Positions 47,964-59,764 of a DNA stretch of 64,000 bases are shown here, one piece after another; position 1 is the first letter of the stretch; each line of letters begins with the position of its first letter. A program made the translations under genes and the position numbers. The notes beneath the pieces are model-generated. The model was not told the origin of the DNA and did no database searches. It saw only the letters and a program-made list of their open reading frames with translations. Origin of the DNA: Selaginella moellendorffii (taxonomy: Eukaryota; Plantae; Lycopodiophyta); the NCBI RefSeq assembly GCF_000143415.4, contig NW_003314283.1, positions 1,863,228-1,927,227 of the forward strand. Direction: 5' to 3'.

Positions 47964-50062
47964 TGTTAGGCGCCAGCTTTGACTACGTGGTCAACGTCAG
48001 TCAAAGGGAGGCTCAAGGGTATATTAAGGCATGTTAGGGGAAGGGACTTAACCTACCCTAGGGCTCACAGTGGAGCGGCGGCGCAGTGGAGCTTTTGAGG
48101 TAGTTCGGGGGTGGTTGGGTGGTGAGGAACCTCAAACGGTGGCGTAGCATAGTCTAGGGCAACTAGATCTTTGTCTTTTTGCGCCGGATCATAACATTGG
48201 TATCAGAGGATTGGTTGCGATGGCCGACCAAGCTGAACGCTGGAATCCTATTGTCGATGGTGGTGCTGACGATGGTGCCGACAAAGCTGCGGAGATTTGG
48301 ACCATTCAAGATGTGGTTCATGAGCTGCGAGCCCTTAATAAAAATCAGCAAGAGATGCAAGACGAGATGCATGGCATGATGGATACCATGCGTGGGCGTG
48401 TTGAGGCACTCGAGGCTGGACGGGGTAGTGCTCCAAGTAAGCCTTCTTTGGTAGATCGACTCAAGATTCCAACCTTTTCCGGTGATGGTGGTGTGGACAA
48501 GTGTCTTGCTTGGCTAGCTAATGTGAAGAAGTTCTTGGCTGCTAGAGGAACTCCAAATGCAGAGGCTTTAGTGGCTATTCCAATGGTTTTGTGTGATGTG
48601 GGTCTTCGATGGTGGAATTGGCTTGAGGAGTCCCGTGTTGCGGATAAGAAACCACCAGTGTCTACCATGGATGAGTTTGAGGCTGCTTTCCGTTTATGTT
48701 TTGCCCCTCATTACGACGTGGAGAATGCTCGTATAGAACTTTGCCATTTCCAGCAAGGGAAAATGACACTCGGGGATTATATTGAAAAGCTTACTCGCTT
48801 GATTAGTCGTGTTCCAACAAAGGATCCAGATCAGAACAAGTCCTACTTCATTGATGGCCTACATAGTGAGAGCATGCGGCAACACTTGCGTCATTCTCAG
48901 CCTACAAAGAGTTTGGAGGAGCTCTTTGATGCAGCTCGTCGACTTGACAATGACAAGCACAAGTCTCGCAAGCGGTCACGGAGTCCTTCTGTCGAGAATC
49001 GTCGTGATGATGGCCGTGGACATAAGGATGGGAACAAGCATCACAAGTTGAAGTCAGTGGTGACTACCTCGGATGCAAAGGGGTCCAAGAAGCAGAAGTT
49101 CTTTGTGAAGAATTATAGACAGGGTTGTCATCATTGCGGCGAACTTGGACACTATAAGGCTGATTGTCCACAGTTGAAGAACAAGCAGCAGGACAAGAAG
49201 AATGGCCAATCTTCTTCTCACGGTAAGTCCGATACTAAAAAGTTGCAAACTTTGCAGCGTGAGGATGAGGAGAACGACCATTCCGGTCGGAGGAAGCGAC
49301 TTTCGATCGTTGCTCGTCAGCTCAACTGTGTGTGGAACAAGATGGAGCTCGAGGATAAGCGTGAATCAGCTTTAATGCTGGAGGGCGTGTTCCGTGGCGA
49401 TCCAGTGCGGATTTTACTGGATAGTGGGAGCGATGACAACTTTGTTTCGGCAAAGTTTGTTGCGGAGCATGGCCTGGTCACACGTGGAGTTCTTCCATAC
49501 ACAGTGGAAGGTGCAGCCACCTCTACTCAACATTTCGATGCTTGTGTCGAGGGGCTGGAAGTGTTGGTTGGCAAAACCACACTTGTGAAGACTTTTTATC
49601 TCGCGGATATCCATCGTGTGGATCTCATTCTTGGGATGCCATGGTTGGTGAAGGTGGATCCAAAGATAAAGTGGAGCATTAAGCGTATCTCGCTGGAGTA
49701 TGGTGGCGTTAAAGATGTGTGGTTTGGCGAGGGCGTTCAACCACCAGTTGTTATGCTCTCTGCTACATCTTTGAAGCGGGCTTGTCGTAATGGAAAAGCA
49801 CTTTCAAGTTACTTGCTGTTTATTCGTGACTTGGGGGAGAAGTAGTACCGGTCTACCAAACCTTGGTTCTCCCTCTAGATCCACCATGTTGAATATTCCT
49901 TTAGAATATTCTTGCCCCACTCGTCAGCCACGAGAATCGAACTGGGCTCCGATACCATTGTTAGGATCCTATCCCTTACACCCTAAGCCAACTGGCTAAA
50001 GAGGTGATCACTTGATTGCAGGGCCCTTTCCTTACCCTATTATCTTGACCTGGTGCCTAACA
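47964..50062 (+). mobile_element. Inverted Ty3/TRIM-B chimera (Ty3 LTR-PBS-gag-PR joined to reversed TRIM-B internal-PBS-LTR)
   Basis: TSD AACGT at 47959-47963 and 50063-50067; both outer ends are LTR 5' (TGTTAGGC) ends. Confidence 0.85.
48220..49845 (+). pseudogene. Ty3 gag-protease, 3' truncated
   Basis: Continuous ORF with CCHC knuckle and LLDSGS. Confidence 0.9.
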
Positions 50063-50305
50063 AACGTCTTCCTTCTCTAGCGGCCATACATCTCCCGAAC
50101 ACAGCCTGCAAGACCTGTGGCGCCATAGAAACACAGTGACACATCTTATGGGAGTGCCCGGCAGCACAGGAAGTATGGGAATGTGCAGTAGCTGTACTCA
50201 AAAGAACATCAACCGGAGGAGCTGCAATCACATACGAATCAGCACTTTGGGGTAGCTTCATCCAGGGAAAAACAAAGAATCCTGATGGTTGGAAGTGGAG
50301 ACACA

Positions 50306-50336
50306 TAGGGTTTAGGGTTTAGGGTTTAGGGTTTAG
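50306..50336 (+). repeat. Interstitial plant telomeric repeat (TTTAGGG)~4
   Basis: TAGGG(TTTAGGG)3TTTAG, perfect. Confidence 0.92.
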
Positions 50337-50985
50337 ACCAGACCTCCAACATGGGGCACAGAGCTGGGTTTCAAATGGCTGAACACGGAGGAGACCACCC
50401 GCTACCTTGGCTTCCAAGTCGGATGCCAGTATGATCAAGAACCTCAGAACCAAAAAGTAGTTACAAAACTAAGGGATCAACTCAAGTTCTGGGCGAGCAG
50501 AAAACTATCATTCTCAGCACGCTGTGTGGTGGCTAACAGCATCCTGCTTGGAGCGATATGGTTCCTGGCAGCATGCTTGGTTTGGTCCAGATTGATCGTC
50601 TCACTCGCGGCCCGCCTGGACACGCTGATCAAAGGAGGCGTGGAAGGGAAGATAGCGAAGGAGAAGGAGCAGCATAGGAAGTATGGGAAGGTGCAGCAGC
50701 GGTACTCAAACAAACAACAACCGGAGGAGCGGCAATCACATACGAATCAGCACTCTGGGGTAGCGTCATCCAGGGAAAAACAAAGAATCCTGATGCTTGG
50801 AAGTGGAGACACAACGAGGCCCCACACTTTGATCAACTCAACCAAACTCGGACACACATTAAGCATCTCTACCAGGAGCTCTTTGACGCGCTTCGGGGAT
50901 GTACACTAGCAGAGATATGGAAGGCTCGCTGTGCCAGGCTGTTCGAAGACACGGACCCCTCGGCTCGAGCAACTATCTCAAAGGT
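50337..50985 (+). mobile_element. Scrambled LINE family 2 fragments (RT C-terminus and 3' region)
   Basis: RYLGFQVG...KFWASRKLSFSARCVVANSIL; third copy of the 3' segment at ~50672-50985. Confidence 0.7.
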
Positions 50986-51345
50986 TTGGTCCAGATTGAT
51001 CGTCTCACTCGCGGCCCACCTGGACACGCTGATCAAATGAGGCGTGGAAGGGAAGATAGCGAAGGAGAAGGAGCTGTGGCCGTTTTTTAGAGAAAGAAGC
51101 AAGGCTGGAGAAGAAGAATGGTTGTGGAAGCCACCATTATGGATTTGGCAGCACATGTTCAGGAACAACAGTACGTGTAGCTCTCTGAGTCGACAGAGTT
51201 CCACACCAGGAACTTCGGAAGTTTGGAGATCAGACATCACGGGCTCGAGTGCCAATTCTACTTTGTCCCCCTCGTCCCACCCCCCCTAAAAATCTTGAAG
51301 AGCTCTTTCCCGGTTTCAAGCATGTCGAAATCGGACTCTATGGTT
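50983..51345. repeat. ~360-bp dispersed cassette (also 52210-52556; partial 50579-50671)
   Basis: Direct visual alignment: GATTGATCGTCTCACTCGCGGCCC...GTCGAAATCGGACTCTAT. Confidence 0.8.
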
Positions 51346-52556
51346 TATAGAGGATAAAATAAAAAACCCCATTGACAAAGTCAGCCATTTTTGTGGATCC
51401 ACCATGATCAAGGCACTCAGAGCAATGCCATTTGATGTATGGGATGTTTCGAGGGGCACGGCTCGTGTCAGAAGCTGCATCAGGCTAGCTTGTTGGAGTG
51501 CAGAAACGTAGCTTCAACCCAGATCCGAAAGGAGCAGCTCACCTTTGGTCGTGATTCCAAATGGATAGCGCCAAGGGTACGGCTACACTGGTATGAGGCT
51601 GTGGGACTGGCATGGTGGCACTACACTTGCACGGCCTGATGGGAGGCTGGAAACAGCAATCCCAGTTGGAGGGGATCAGTCACACAGCAGCGAGGAGAGG
51701 ACTTCCAGGCAGCAGCAGCATCACCATTACCGGAGACGGCACACTCCTCCTCAGTTCACCGCACTGTGGGATCCAGGACAGTACATCTCCAGGGGCTTCT
51801 TATATCTCTGGAAAACTGTAGGTGTCATACAGATGGAGATCAAGCAAGGGTGGTGTACCTTCACTGATCTCACGATCGACTCAAGTCCTTCACATCAGTA
51901 GATGCAATCACATGGGAGAGATGAGGCTGGGGACCATGGATAAGGCGCGAAGTTCACCACCAGTACGGATAGGGAGCACGCGTTTGCGGAGTGAGTGGCA
52001 CGGCTTTGGGCAGCACAGAACCGAACACTAGTTCCTTGATCTGATCTGCACAGAACCGAACCGAACTCTAGTTCCAAGGATCCTCCCTTCATCACAACCC
52101 CCCCATATGCTCTTTGCCAGTTTCGAGCATGTCGAAACTGGACCTCTATGGTTTTCAAGAGGATAAATATGAAAAGCCCCATTGACAAAGGCGGACTAGA
52201 TTCTGATTGATTGATCATCTCACTCGCGGCCCGCCTGGACATGCTGATCAAATGAGGCATGGAAGGGAAGATAGTGAAGGAGAAGGAGTTGTGGCCATTT
52301 TTTAGAGGAAGAAGCGAGGCTGGAGAAGAAGAATGGACGTGGAAGCCACCATTATGGATTTGGCAGCACATGTTCAGGAATGAAGGCACGTGTACCTCCC
52401 CGAGTCGACAGAGTTCCACACCAGGAACTTCGGAAGTTTTGAGATCGGACATCACAGGCTCGAGTATCAGTTCTACTTTGTCCCCCTCGTCCCACCCCCC
52501 CTAAAAATCTTGAAGAGCTCTTTCCCGGTTTCGAGCATGTCGAAATCGGACTCTAT

Positions 52557-54202
52557 CTATGCCCTGGCATCCCGCTCCACCTCATGAGCACACTTCTTCC
52601 GAATTCTGCAGCGCCGTCTTCCAACTGGAATTGATGATTGGATCCTGGCTGGTGACTTCAATTTCGTGGACCACGAGGAGGACAAAAGGGGAGGCATAAT
52701 CCAGGACAGACGTACACGTGTGGAACGCCTTGCATGGAACTCGTTCCTCCTAGAAATTGCCACCTGTGACACCTACGAGATCCCAGGGTTTGTAACACAT
52801 GAACCGCGCTTCACATGGCAAGAACATCAACACAGAGGCATACAATGTCGTCTGGACCGCTTCTACGTCACCATGGACCTGTGCATGCAAGGAGGGAAGT
52901 TGGACATCGACAACACCTACACAGACTTCTCAGACCACCATCCGATTAGACTCACACTTCCCTTTCGAATATCGAGAGGTCCAAGAAAGCCAGTTGCCAT
53001 ACCCAAGAAGTTCTTTGAGGAACAGACCAACAATAACTGGGCACACGAGCAATGGGAAAAACACAAGGGGAACCTACACTCCACCCTTCGAATCGCACAA
53101 GAGGCTCAAGCCAAGATCCAGAAAGATAAGAGAGGTGTCTTTAACACAGTCCAAAAGGTTCGGAGAATCCTGACCTCGATCAACACCAACCTTCGCAGCA
53201 ATCCGGATGACCCATGGCTACAAGCACAAAAAATCCAGGTTAAGTGCCAACTGGAAAGGATAGAGGCCGACAAAATGGAAGCCTTCCTAAAAGTAGGACA
53301 CATTAGATGGCACGCAAGCGAGCTTGCGCTGAATAGGGAGTTCTATCGATCCATAAGATCCAAAGTGGTTTCCCCGCCAATGTTCGGACTGAAGGATGAA
53401 CAAAGGCATCTACACACAAAGATTGATGACATGCACAACATGGCAGAACACTACTACTCTCAGTTTTTCAAGGAGGAACCATGGGATGAGGTTAGACAAG
53501 ACAAACTTGAGCAAGTGCTAGAGCATATACCAACCAAGTACACCCCAGCAATGAACATCAGACTAACAAGACTTTTCACGCTGCGTGAACTAAAGGACGC
53601 CCTGGATGACCTCAAGGACGACAAGATGCCAGGGGAGGATGGCATGCCACCAGCCTTCTACAAACAAAACTGGGAATGGATCAGACCAGAAGTTCTCAAG
53701 ATGTGGCAAGAAACCATGCGAGCTGGGAAGTGGCCAGAAGGAGCTATGGATGGGATCATAGCACTAATACCAAAAAAAGGAGATATGTCCCACCTCAAGA
53801 ACTGGAGGCCCATTTCTATGCTCAACACCAGGTACAAAATTGTAGCAAAAGTCTTGGCATCACGTCTCAAGCCTCTGCTCCCAGAAACGATTAAGGAGAC
53901 ACAGAACAGATTTGTGGAGGGCAGACAAATCGTGGACAATCTCCTAACAGTCCTTCTGGTGCAAGTACACACCAAAGACATGGTGGAGTAGATCGCAATC
54001 ATTCTCTTGGACTTCGAAAAAGCTTATGACCGGGAGGATTGGAAAGTTCTCCAGGCCATAATGATCAAGCAAGGAGTTGCTCAGCAGTTCGTGGAATGGA
54101 CAGCATACCACTTGGCATCAAGCAGGGTTACAATCAACGGAACTATGGGACAGTCCTTCAAACTTGAAAGATTGGTCCGCCAAGGATGCCCCCTCGCACC
54201 AG
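52557..54202 (+). pseudogene. LINE ORF2 fragment (endonuclease C-half + RT N-half)
   Basis: WILAGDFN, RLDRFY, SDHHPI, PGEDG, NWRPISMLN, DFEKAYDR, VRQGCPLAP; one stop at ~53989. Confidence 0.92.
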
Positions 54203-54699
54203 GAAAACTGTTTTTTGCTTTCGACAAACACACTCCCGAACACTCCCTCCTTCGCCACTTTCGCTGGATCTGCTCCGGGTCCCCCTACTTCAAGCTCGCT
54301 CCACCCAACAGTCGGTCTAAACGGATCCATTTGGGTAGTGAAGGGATCGTCTCAGGACCTCCAGGGCCGATAGGAATGATGGCCGCACAGCCCACAATCC
54401 TCTTTGCACCACTGCAAGGTTAAAAAAGAGGCCCCCGGTGGGGAAACAGCGAAAGTTCCCCTCTGCTCCCCCCACCTCAAGAACAAAAATGAAAACGTGC
54501 CAAGCCGGATCAGGGGAAGGAAGCTCGAAGCACTGAAAAGGGATAGATGCACATGAGAAGCAAACTGAGCGTGTACCGCCACGTACTCTCCACTTCCCGG
54601 ACATGAGCGCCCTCAGCAAGCACATCCAGAGGAGCCGGAGTAAAGAACGTCCCTTGGACCAGCGGCGAACATGCCTGCTTTCCTCTTTGAGCACCCCCT

Positions 54700-54889
54700 C
54701 ATCTCAACACCATGGCTGCAAAATGTGGACGTTGCCAGTGAGATGGTGTATGCCTTCAAAACGTTTGGTAAGGGGAGCGCTTTGAAAGTAGTTCAAATTG
54801 ATGGTAGTGGCCATTGTGTACCCATTGAAAGCCCATTGCTGCTTGTTCAAGCTCTACACAGTTTTATGCTTGGAGTTGGATTGAATTGA
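54700..54889 (+). pseudogene. Alpha/beta-hydrolase-like C-terminal fragment
   Basis: VVQIDGSGHCVPIESPLLLVQALHSFM resembles the catalytic-His C-terminal motif; followed by AT-rich UTR-like sequence. Confidence 0.45.
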
Positions 54890-55414
54890 GTATTGCAATG
54901 CTATTTATGCCAAAGAAGTGGCAAGAACTTTCATTATGATAGTCTTCTTTTCATACTTCTGTAGAAAAAAGTTAGAATAAATTGAAACTAAAAGTTAATG
55001 ACATTTCAAATGGTCTGGTTTCAAATGTATAGTAGGGATAGTGATTCATTTGTTTTGCATCTGATTTGGCTAATTTCTATACCATATTAACTAGTGGAGT
55101 ATTTATATTTTTGTATTAAGTGCTGAAATAATGCCAAACTATGTTTGGCTCTGTTTTACATATTAATCTTGGTGTTTGGGATGCATTTCAATGAGTATTA
55201 TCTAGTGTATACACAAAGAACCAAGTGGGTACACATTTGGTTATTATAACTTCACATATATATGGTTGGCAAGTATCATTTTGTATCACCTTGTTAAGCA
55301 TGTCTATATTCAGTTGAAGTTTAATCCTAAATTTCATACTATTAGAATTTTGTGTTAGGCCAACATTATGTTAAAATTATGTTAAACTATATTTGGCTTT
55401 GTTTTATGTACATG

Positions 55415-55447
55415 CCCTAAACCCTAAACTCCAAACCTTAAACCCTA
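55415..55447 (-). repeat. Degenerate telomeric tract (CCCTAAA)n
   Basis: CCCTAAACCCTAAACTCCAAACCTTAAACCCTA. Confidence 0.6.
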
Positions 55448-55640
55448 CACTCACAAGTTTAGTCTATACATTAGTTTGGGCTGTACACTTAGGAATATTT
55501 TTATTGGAAATGGTCACTTCAAATCTGGCATAGATGGCAACATTGAGTAATTAGAGGTTATTTTTTGTATACTTAATAATGATATAGTATTTAATTAAAA
55601 AATAATTATAAGTGGTATTATTATAAATAAAATATGAAGA

Positions 55641-56063
55641 GGCATAGTATAATCTAGGGAGATTAGATCTTTGTCTTTTAGCACTGGATCTTAATATTGA
55701 TAAAGAAAAGGCCCTGTAATAAAGTGATCACCCCTTTAGCCAATTGGCTTAGGGTGTAAGTGATAGAATTCTAACATTAGTATTGGAGTAGTTCCATTTT
55801 CGTGACTGACAAATAAAGTAAGAATATTCTAAAGGGATATTTAACATGGTGGATATAAAGGGAGAACCATGGTTTGGTAGACCCTAAACAAAGGACAATG
55901 ATGACCAAAGGGTAGCCTAGGTATGATTGTGGATGATCATTCCCTAGTGAGGGAAGGATTGTTAGGCACCAAGTCAAAATAATATAATAGAAAAAAGGCC
56001 TTGCAATAAAGTAATCACTCTTTTAACCAATTGGCTTAGGGTGTAAGGGATAGAATCTTAGCA
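55641..56063 (+). mobile_element. Old TRIM-B copy preceded by a decayed Ty3 LTR-A 3' end
   Basis: 55641-55699 matches the LTR-A end (TAGATCTTTGTCTTTT..GGATC.TAA.A), then TRIM-B partial LTR, internal and LTR. Confidence 0.7.
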
Positions 56064-56209
56064 TCTTCTAGACCAGTTTTTAAAGCTATGGATAAAGCAT
56101 TTTGACAGTCTTTATCATTATAGCTGGAACTAAAAGAATTTAAGTACATGAAAGGTGAGGAGCTTCTGTTTTCCTATAATGGGAATATATTCTTTAAATT
56201 TCCACTAGA

Positions 56210-57390
56210 CAGTTTGTCAAGACAACCTTTTGCAGACAGTGTATGAGAATGATGGTCTAGCACAAAAAGTGTTGCTAAGGAACCAAAAGGCATGGGATGC
56301 TCACCAAAAAAGTGAGTTGCCTACAAAAGAGAAAACAGGTTATATGGAACATAGTGGACTTATCGATTATAAACAGATAAGAGTGTATGTTCCACAAAAG
56401 GAACTAAGGAAAGTAGCCTTAAAAGAGTGTTATGATAGATCTTTTGCAAGACATGGTGGAGTTCTTAAGATAATGAGTTTATTTAAGAGAAAGTATCACT
56501 AGCCAAACATGGCTAAGAACATCCAAGACTATGTAAAGATATATCCAACATATTAACAAATCAAAGCCATGACTAAGGCTAGTGGGGGCTTGTTACAAAG
56601 CCCCTTAATTCCAGATTATCTATGGAAATGTTTTACAATAGACATTATTATAAGACTCCCCCCAAGTAAGAGGTTTGATACAATATTTGTAATGGTGGAT
56701 TGGTTTTCAAAGATGGCATATTTCAAATTCACCATGATGGAAATGGATGTGGAAAGTGTGGCAAATTTGTTCTTCGAACAAATGGTTCAAATGTGGGGAA
56801 GGCTAGAGGAAATTATCTTAGATCGAGATAAAACCTTCATTAGTAGGTTTTGAAGAACTCTCCTAGAATAATATTGCACCAAGTTGAAATTCAACATAAT
56901 TTATCACTCATAGACAAGTATTAAGTATTGAGTTAAGTTTAATGGTAATGACACTTTTTGACAGACGGACAAACAGAAAAGGTAAATAAGCAACTAAAGC
57001 ATTATTTACGATGCTATGTCTCTAGAGACCAAATTAATTGAATAAATCATTTAGGACTTGCAAAAATGTGTTATGACAACTCACCACATTCAAGTATTGG
57101 GGTGAGTCCATGGGAAGTCATCAATAAGTGAGCTATTAAAGGCCTTATAGAACTTGGCGTGGCTGAGTATTATAAAGAGTTACCTGTAATGGAAGCATTT
57201 ATGGCAGAAAGACCCAATACTTGGAATCTATTGAGGGATTCTTTGGAACTGGCTCAACAAAAACAAATTAAATACACAAACTAGAAATGTCAAGATGTAG
57301 AGTTCCAATCTAGGGAGAAGGTGTGGTTGAACACCAAAAACCTAAAGTTATCAAGTGGAATCAGTTGCAAGTTGACTCAAAGGTAAAATG
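56210..57390 (+). pseudogene. Decayed Ty3/gypsy integrase region
   Basis: RVYVP..LKECYD, GLLQSPLIP..W...TIDII, MVDWFSKMAYF, IILDRD. Confidence 0.75.
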
Positions 57391-57536
57391 CATATATTCT
57401 TGGAAATGAATTGATATTGTCTTTATCCTTGTCTTTGCACTCAGGTAGTAGCAGCATCAACCTTCATTAGAATAAGACCATCTCCCATAGGAAATGGAGT
57501 TGAAGGACGTGTAGCGAAGGACATGGAGTGGAAGAG

Positions 57537-58103
57537 TGTAGTGCATGTGATCATGGGATGAGATTTGGATATACTGTCACCGTGGATCCTTGGAACCTTG
57601 GGGGATAAATGGGGATAAAATAGCCACTAAGGGCTCTCTCATCAAGCAATTGCCCCTTTTCCAGTTGGCTTAAGGGGAGAGAGATAAGGTGTGCTACAGT
57701 TGGTATTGGAGCAAATGGCACGGGTTTGATTCCCATTGATTAGTGGCTACTTAAAAGTATAATATACCCTTGAGCAAGGTATATTCCTACCCCTAAATTT
57801 GAAATCGTACATATTGAGCATCCATACATACATCCTTCCTCTTGTGTGGAGTATCCACGGACAAAGGTATCCACCATGGGACTGCGGTACGGGTGGATGA
57901 CTAGTTGCCTCACATGGAATAGCTGGTCTACACAATGGAAGGATTGGTAGCTTGAGTGCAGAAATGGAAGTGTTGGTTCCCCTTGGCTCAGTAAGGGTTG
58001 TTAGTCAATAGTCAATGAGGACATTGACATTTTTGAAAGGGGGGTGAGTGTAACGCATGTGATAATGGGATGAGATTTGGATATACTGTCATCGTGGATC
58101 CTT
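57537..58103 (+). mobile_element. TRIM-D: 162-bp LTR, PBS, ~350-bp internal, PPT, truncated second LTR (other pieces 60915-61115, 62641-62958)
   Basis: TGTAG..CTACA 57537-57698; PBS TGGTATTGGAGC; PPT GAAAGGGGGGTGAG; second LTR from 58049. Confidence 0.7.
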
Positions 58104-58479
58104 AAACTCAGGAGATTACATTTGGTATCGGAGCGGTCTCGGGTCCGACTCTGTTGGTTGGCTAAGGGAATCACACCACATGTTGATTGACATCTGGCTG
58201 GTCTAGTTTGCTCCCGCTGGGCTCGACCCGAGGGGTAGGGTGTCAAGAGAGCGGGGCTCTTGGGAGAGTTGCGGCTCTCAGCTTTCGTTCACGAGGGCGT
58301 GAACTTGCAGGGAAGCGTGGTGGATTGTAAGCAACCAAAGAGAACGACTTGAGAGACGATCCGTTGGGGTTCAGATATAGAGGGAAAGGGCCCATGAATA
58401 AGAGTGCACCCCCTATTCCAATTGGTTAAGGGTCTTGGGATATTTGGGGTTAAGCGTCTTTGGGTGTGAATAGTACTGG
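58104..58479 (+). mobile_element. Partial Cassandra-type TRIM (LTR end, PBS, internal, truncated LTR)
   Basis: Matches a unit of the 23029-24024 array; breaks within the 5S segment. Confidence 0.85.
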
Positions 58480-59764
58480 CAAACTTGTTAAGGTGCCGAG
58501 GTGAGATCACTAGGTGATCTTGTGGCTAAATAAGGACAAGGTCCTTGTTTAGGTTAAGGAATAAGGTTCTTAGTTCAAAGTGTGATTTGAACTATTGATG
58601 ATGGTGTGGCTTGGTCAAGGTGACCAAGTGGGAAAAGCACCTTAGGGAAATGAGCTATGTCATTGCGATGGCATAGTGTGTCCAAGGAAAGTAGTCTCTA
58701 GAGAGACCCATGGGAGGGTCACAAAGTTGGGCCGTGCATAGAGCCCACCGCAGAAGATGCTAAAGAGACTTACTAGGGGTGAACACCCTAGTCTTGGCAG
58801 AGCAGAGCCTTTGCTATGGAATCAAAAAAATACCTCAAGGAGGGAGGTAAAGATTCGATGTTGCTTGGTGCAACAATCAACGGATAGGAGCAAAAGATGA
58901 GTGGCCAAGATAGGGCCGTGGAATCCCTTGGAAGGAATCCAAGTGACAAAGTTAGGCGAGGAACACTAATGTGTTGGACGCTAACAAATTGCGGGAAAGG
59001 AAGTGTGTTTCCAAGGATGGATTCCGAATTGCTCCGATTTGGCGAAAGTGGAAGCTCCAAGGGAGGGAACAGTAAGGTAGCCAAATGATAGAGCCATGGA
59101 CAGCCCTAGCACAAAGTATGATGAATGGAACTTAGTGCCCAAGGTGGCACGAAATAGAAGAGAGGATGATGGTGCCCTCAGGTAACGAACTTCCTAGGAT
59201 GGGGAAGTGGAGTTGCACAATCTGTGCAATGCAAGGTGTTGGAGACACCTAGGAAATTGACTTCCAAAAGTCAAAAGAGTAAAAGTTCCAAGGTGCAAAC
59301 GTTCAATAGATGGAAATTGAGACTACTCGAGAAGGAGTAGTGGGATTGACTTAGAGAAGGGTCTCTATGAAGTTTAGTGAGAACTAAACCAATAAAAGGA
59401 GAGAACCACTATATGTGGTCCAATCAGTCTCTAAGTTGGAGAGTACCCAGGTGGCTCACGTAAGGCCACGGTGTTCCAAAATGTTGTCCCAAAGGCCTAG
59501 ACTGTAGAAAGGAAGAGGAGCAGTCCTCTGGGGTAGTGACCAAGGACACAGTCGTGTGGTGAGGAAGTCCCAGAGGACCGTGGGACTTAGTGGTCGAGCC
59601 TGTGGGCCTCGATCCAGTGGCAGTGTTGGCAAACCCGGCCAAGGGCAGAAAGGGACTTAGTGGAGACTGACAGAGGGATATTAGGGAAGGCTATTCCCCT
59701 TGCCGGTGGGCATCCTAAGGATGCTAAGGAGTGGATCTGAGATGACCACTCACGGAGGGATTGC

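Larger units (their letters stand above)
47313..50305 (+). mobile_element. Second copy of LINE family 2 3' fragment, split by the 47964-50062 insertion
   Basis: Paralogous to 46502-47262; continues across the TSD AACGT. Confidence 0.85.
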
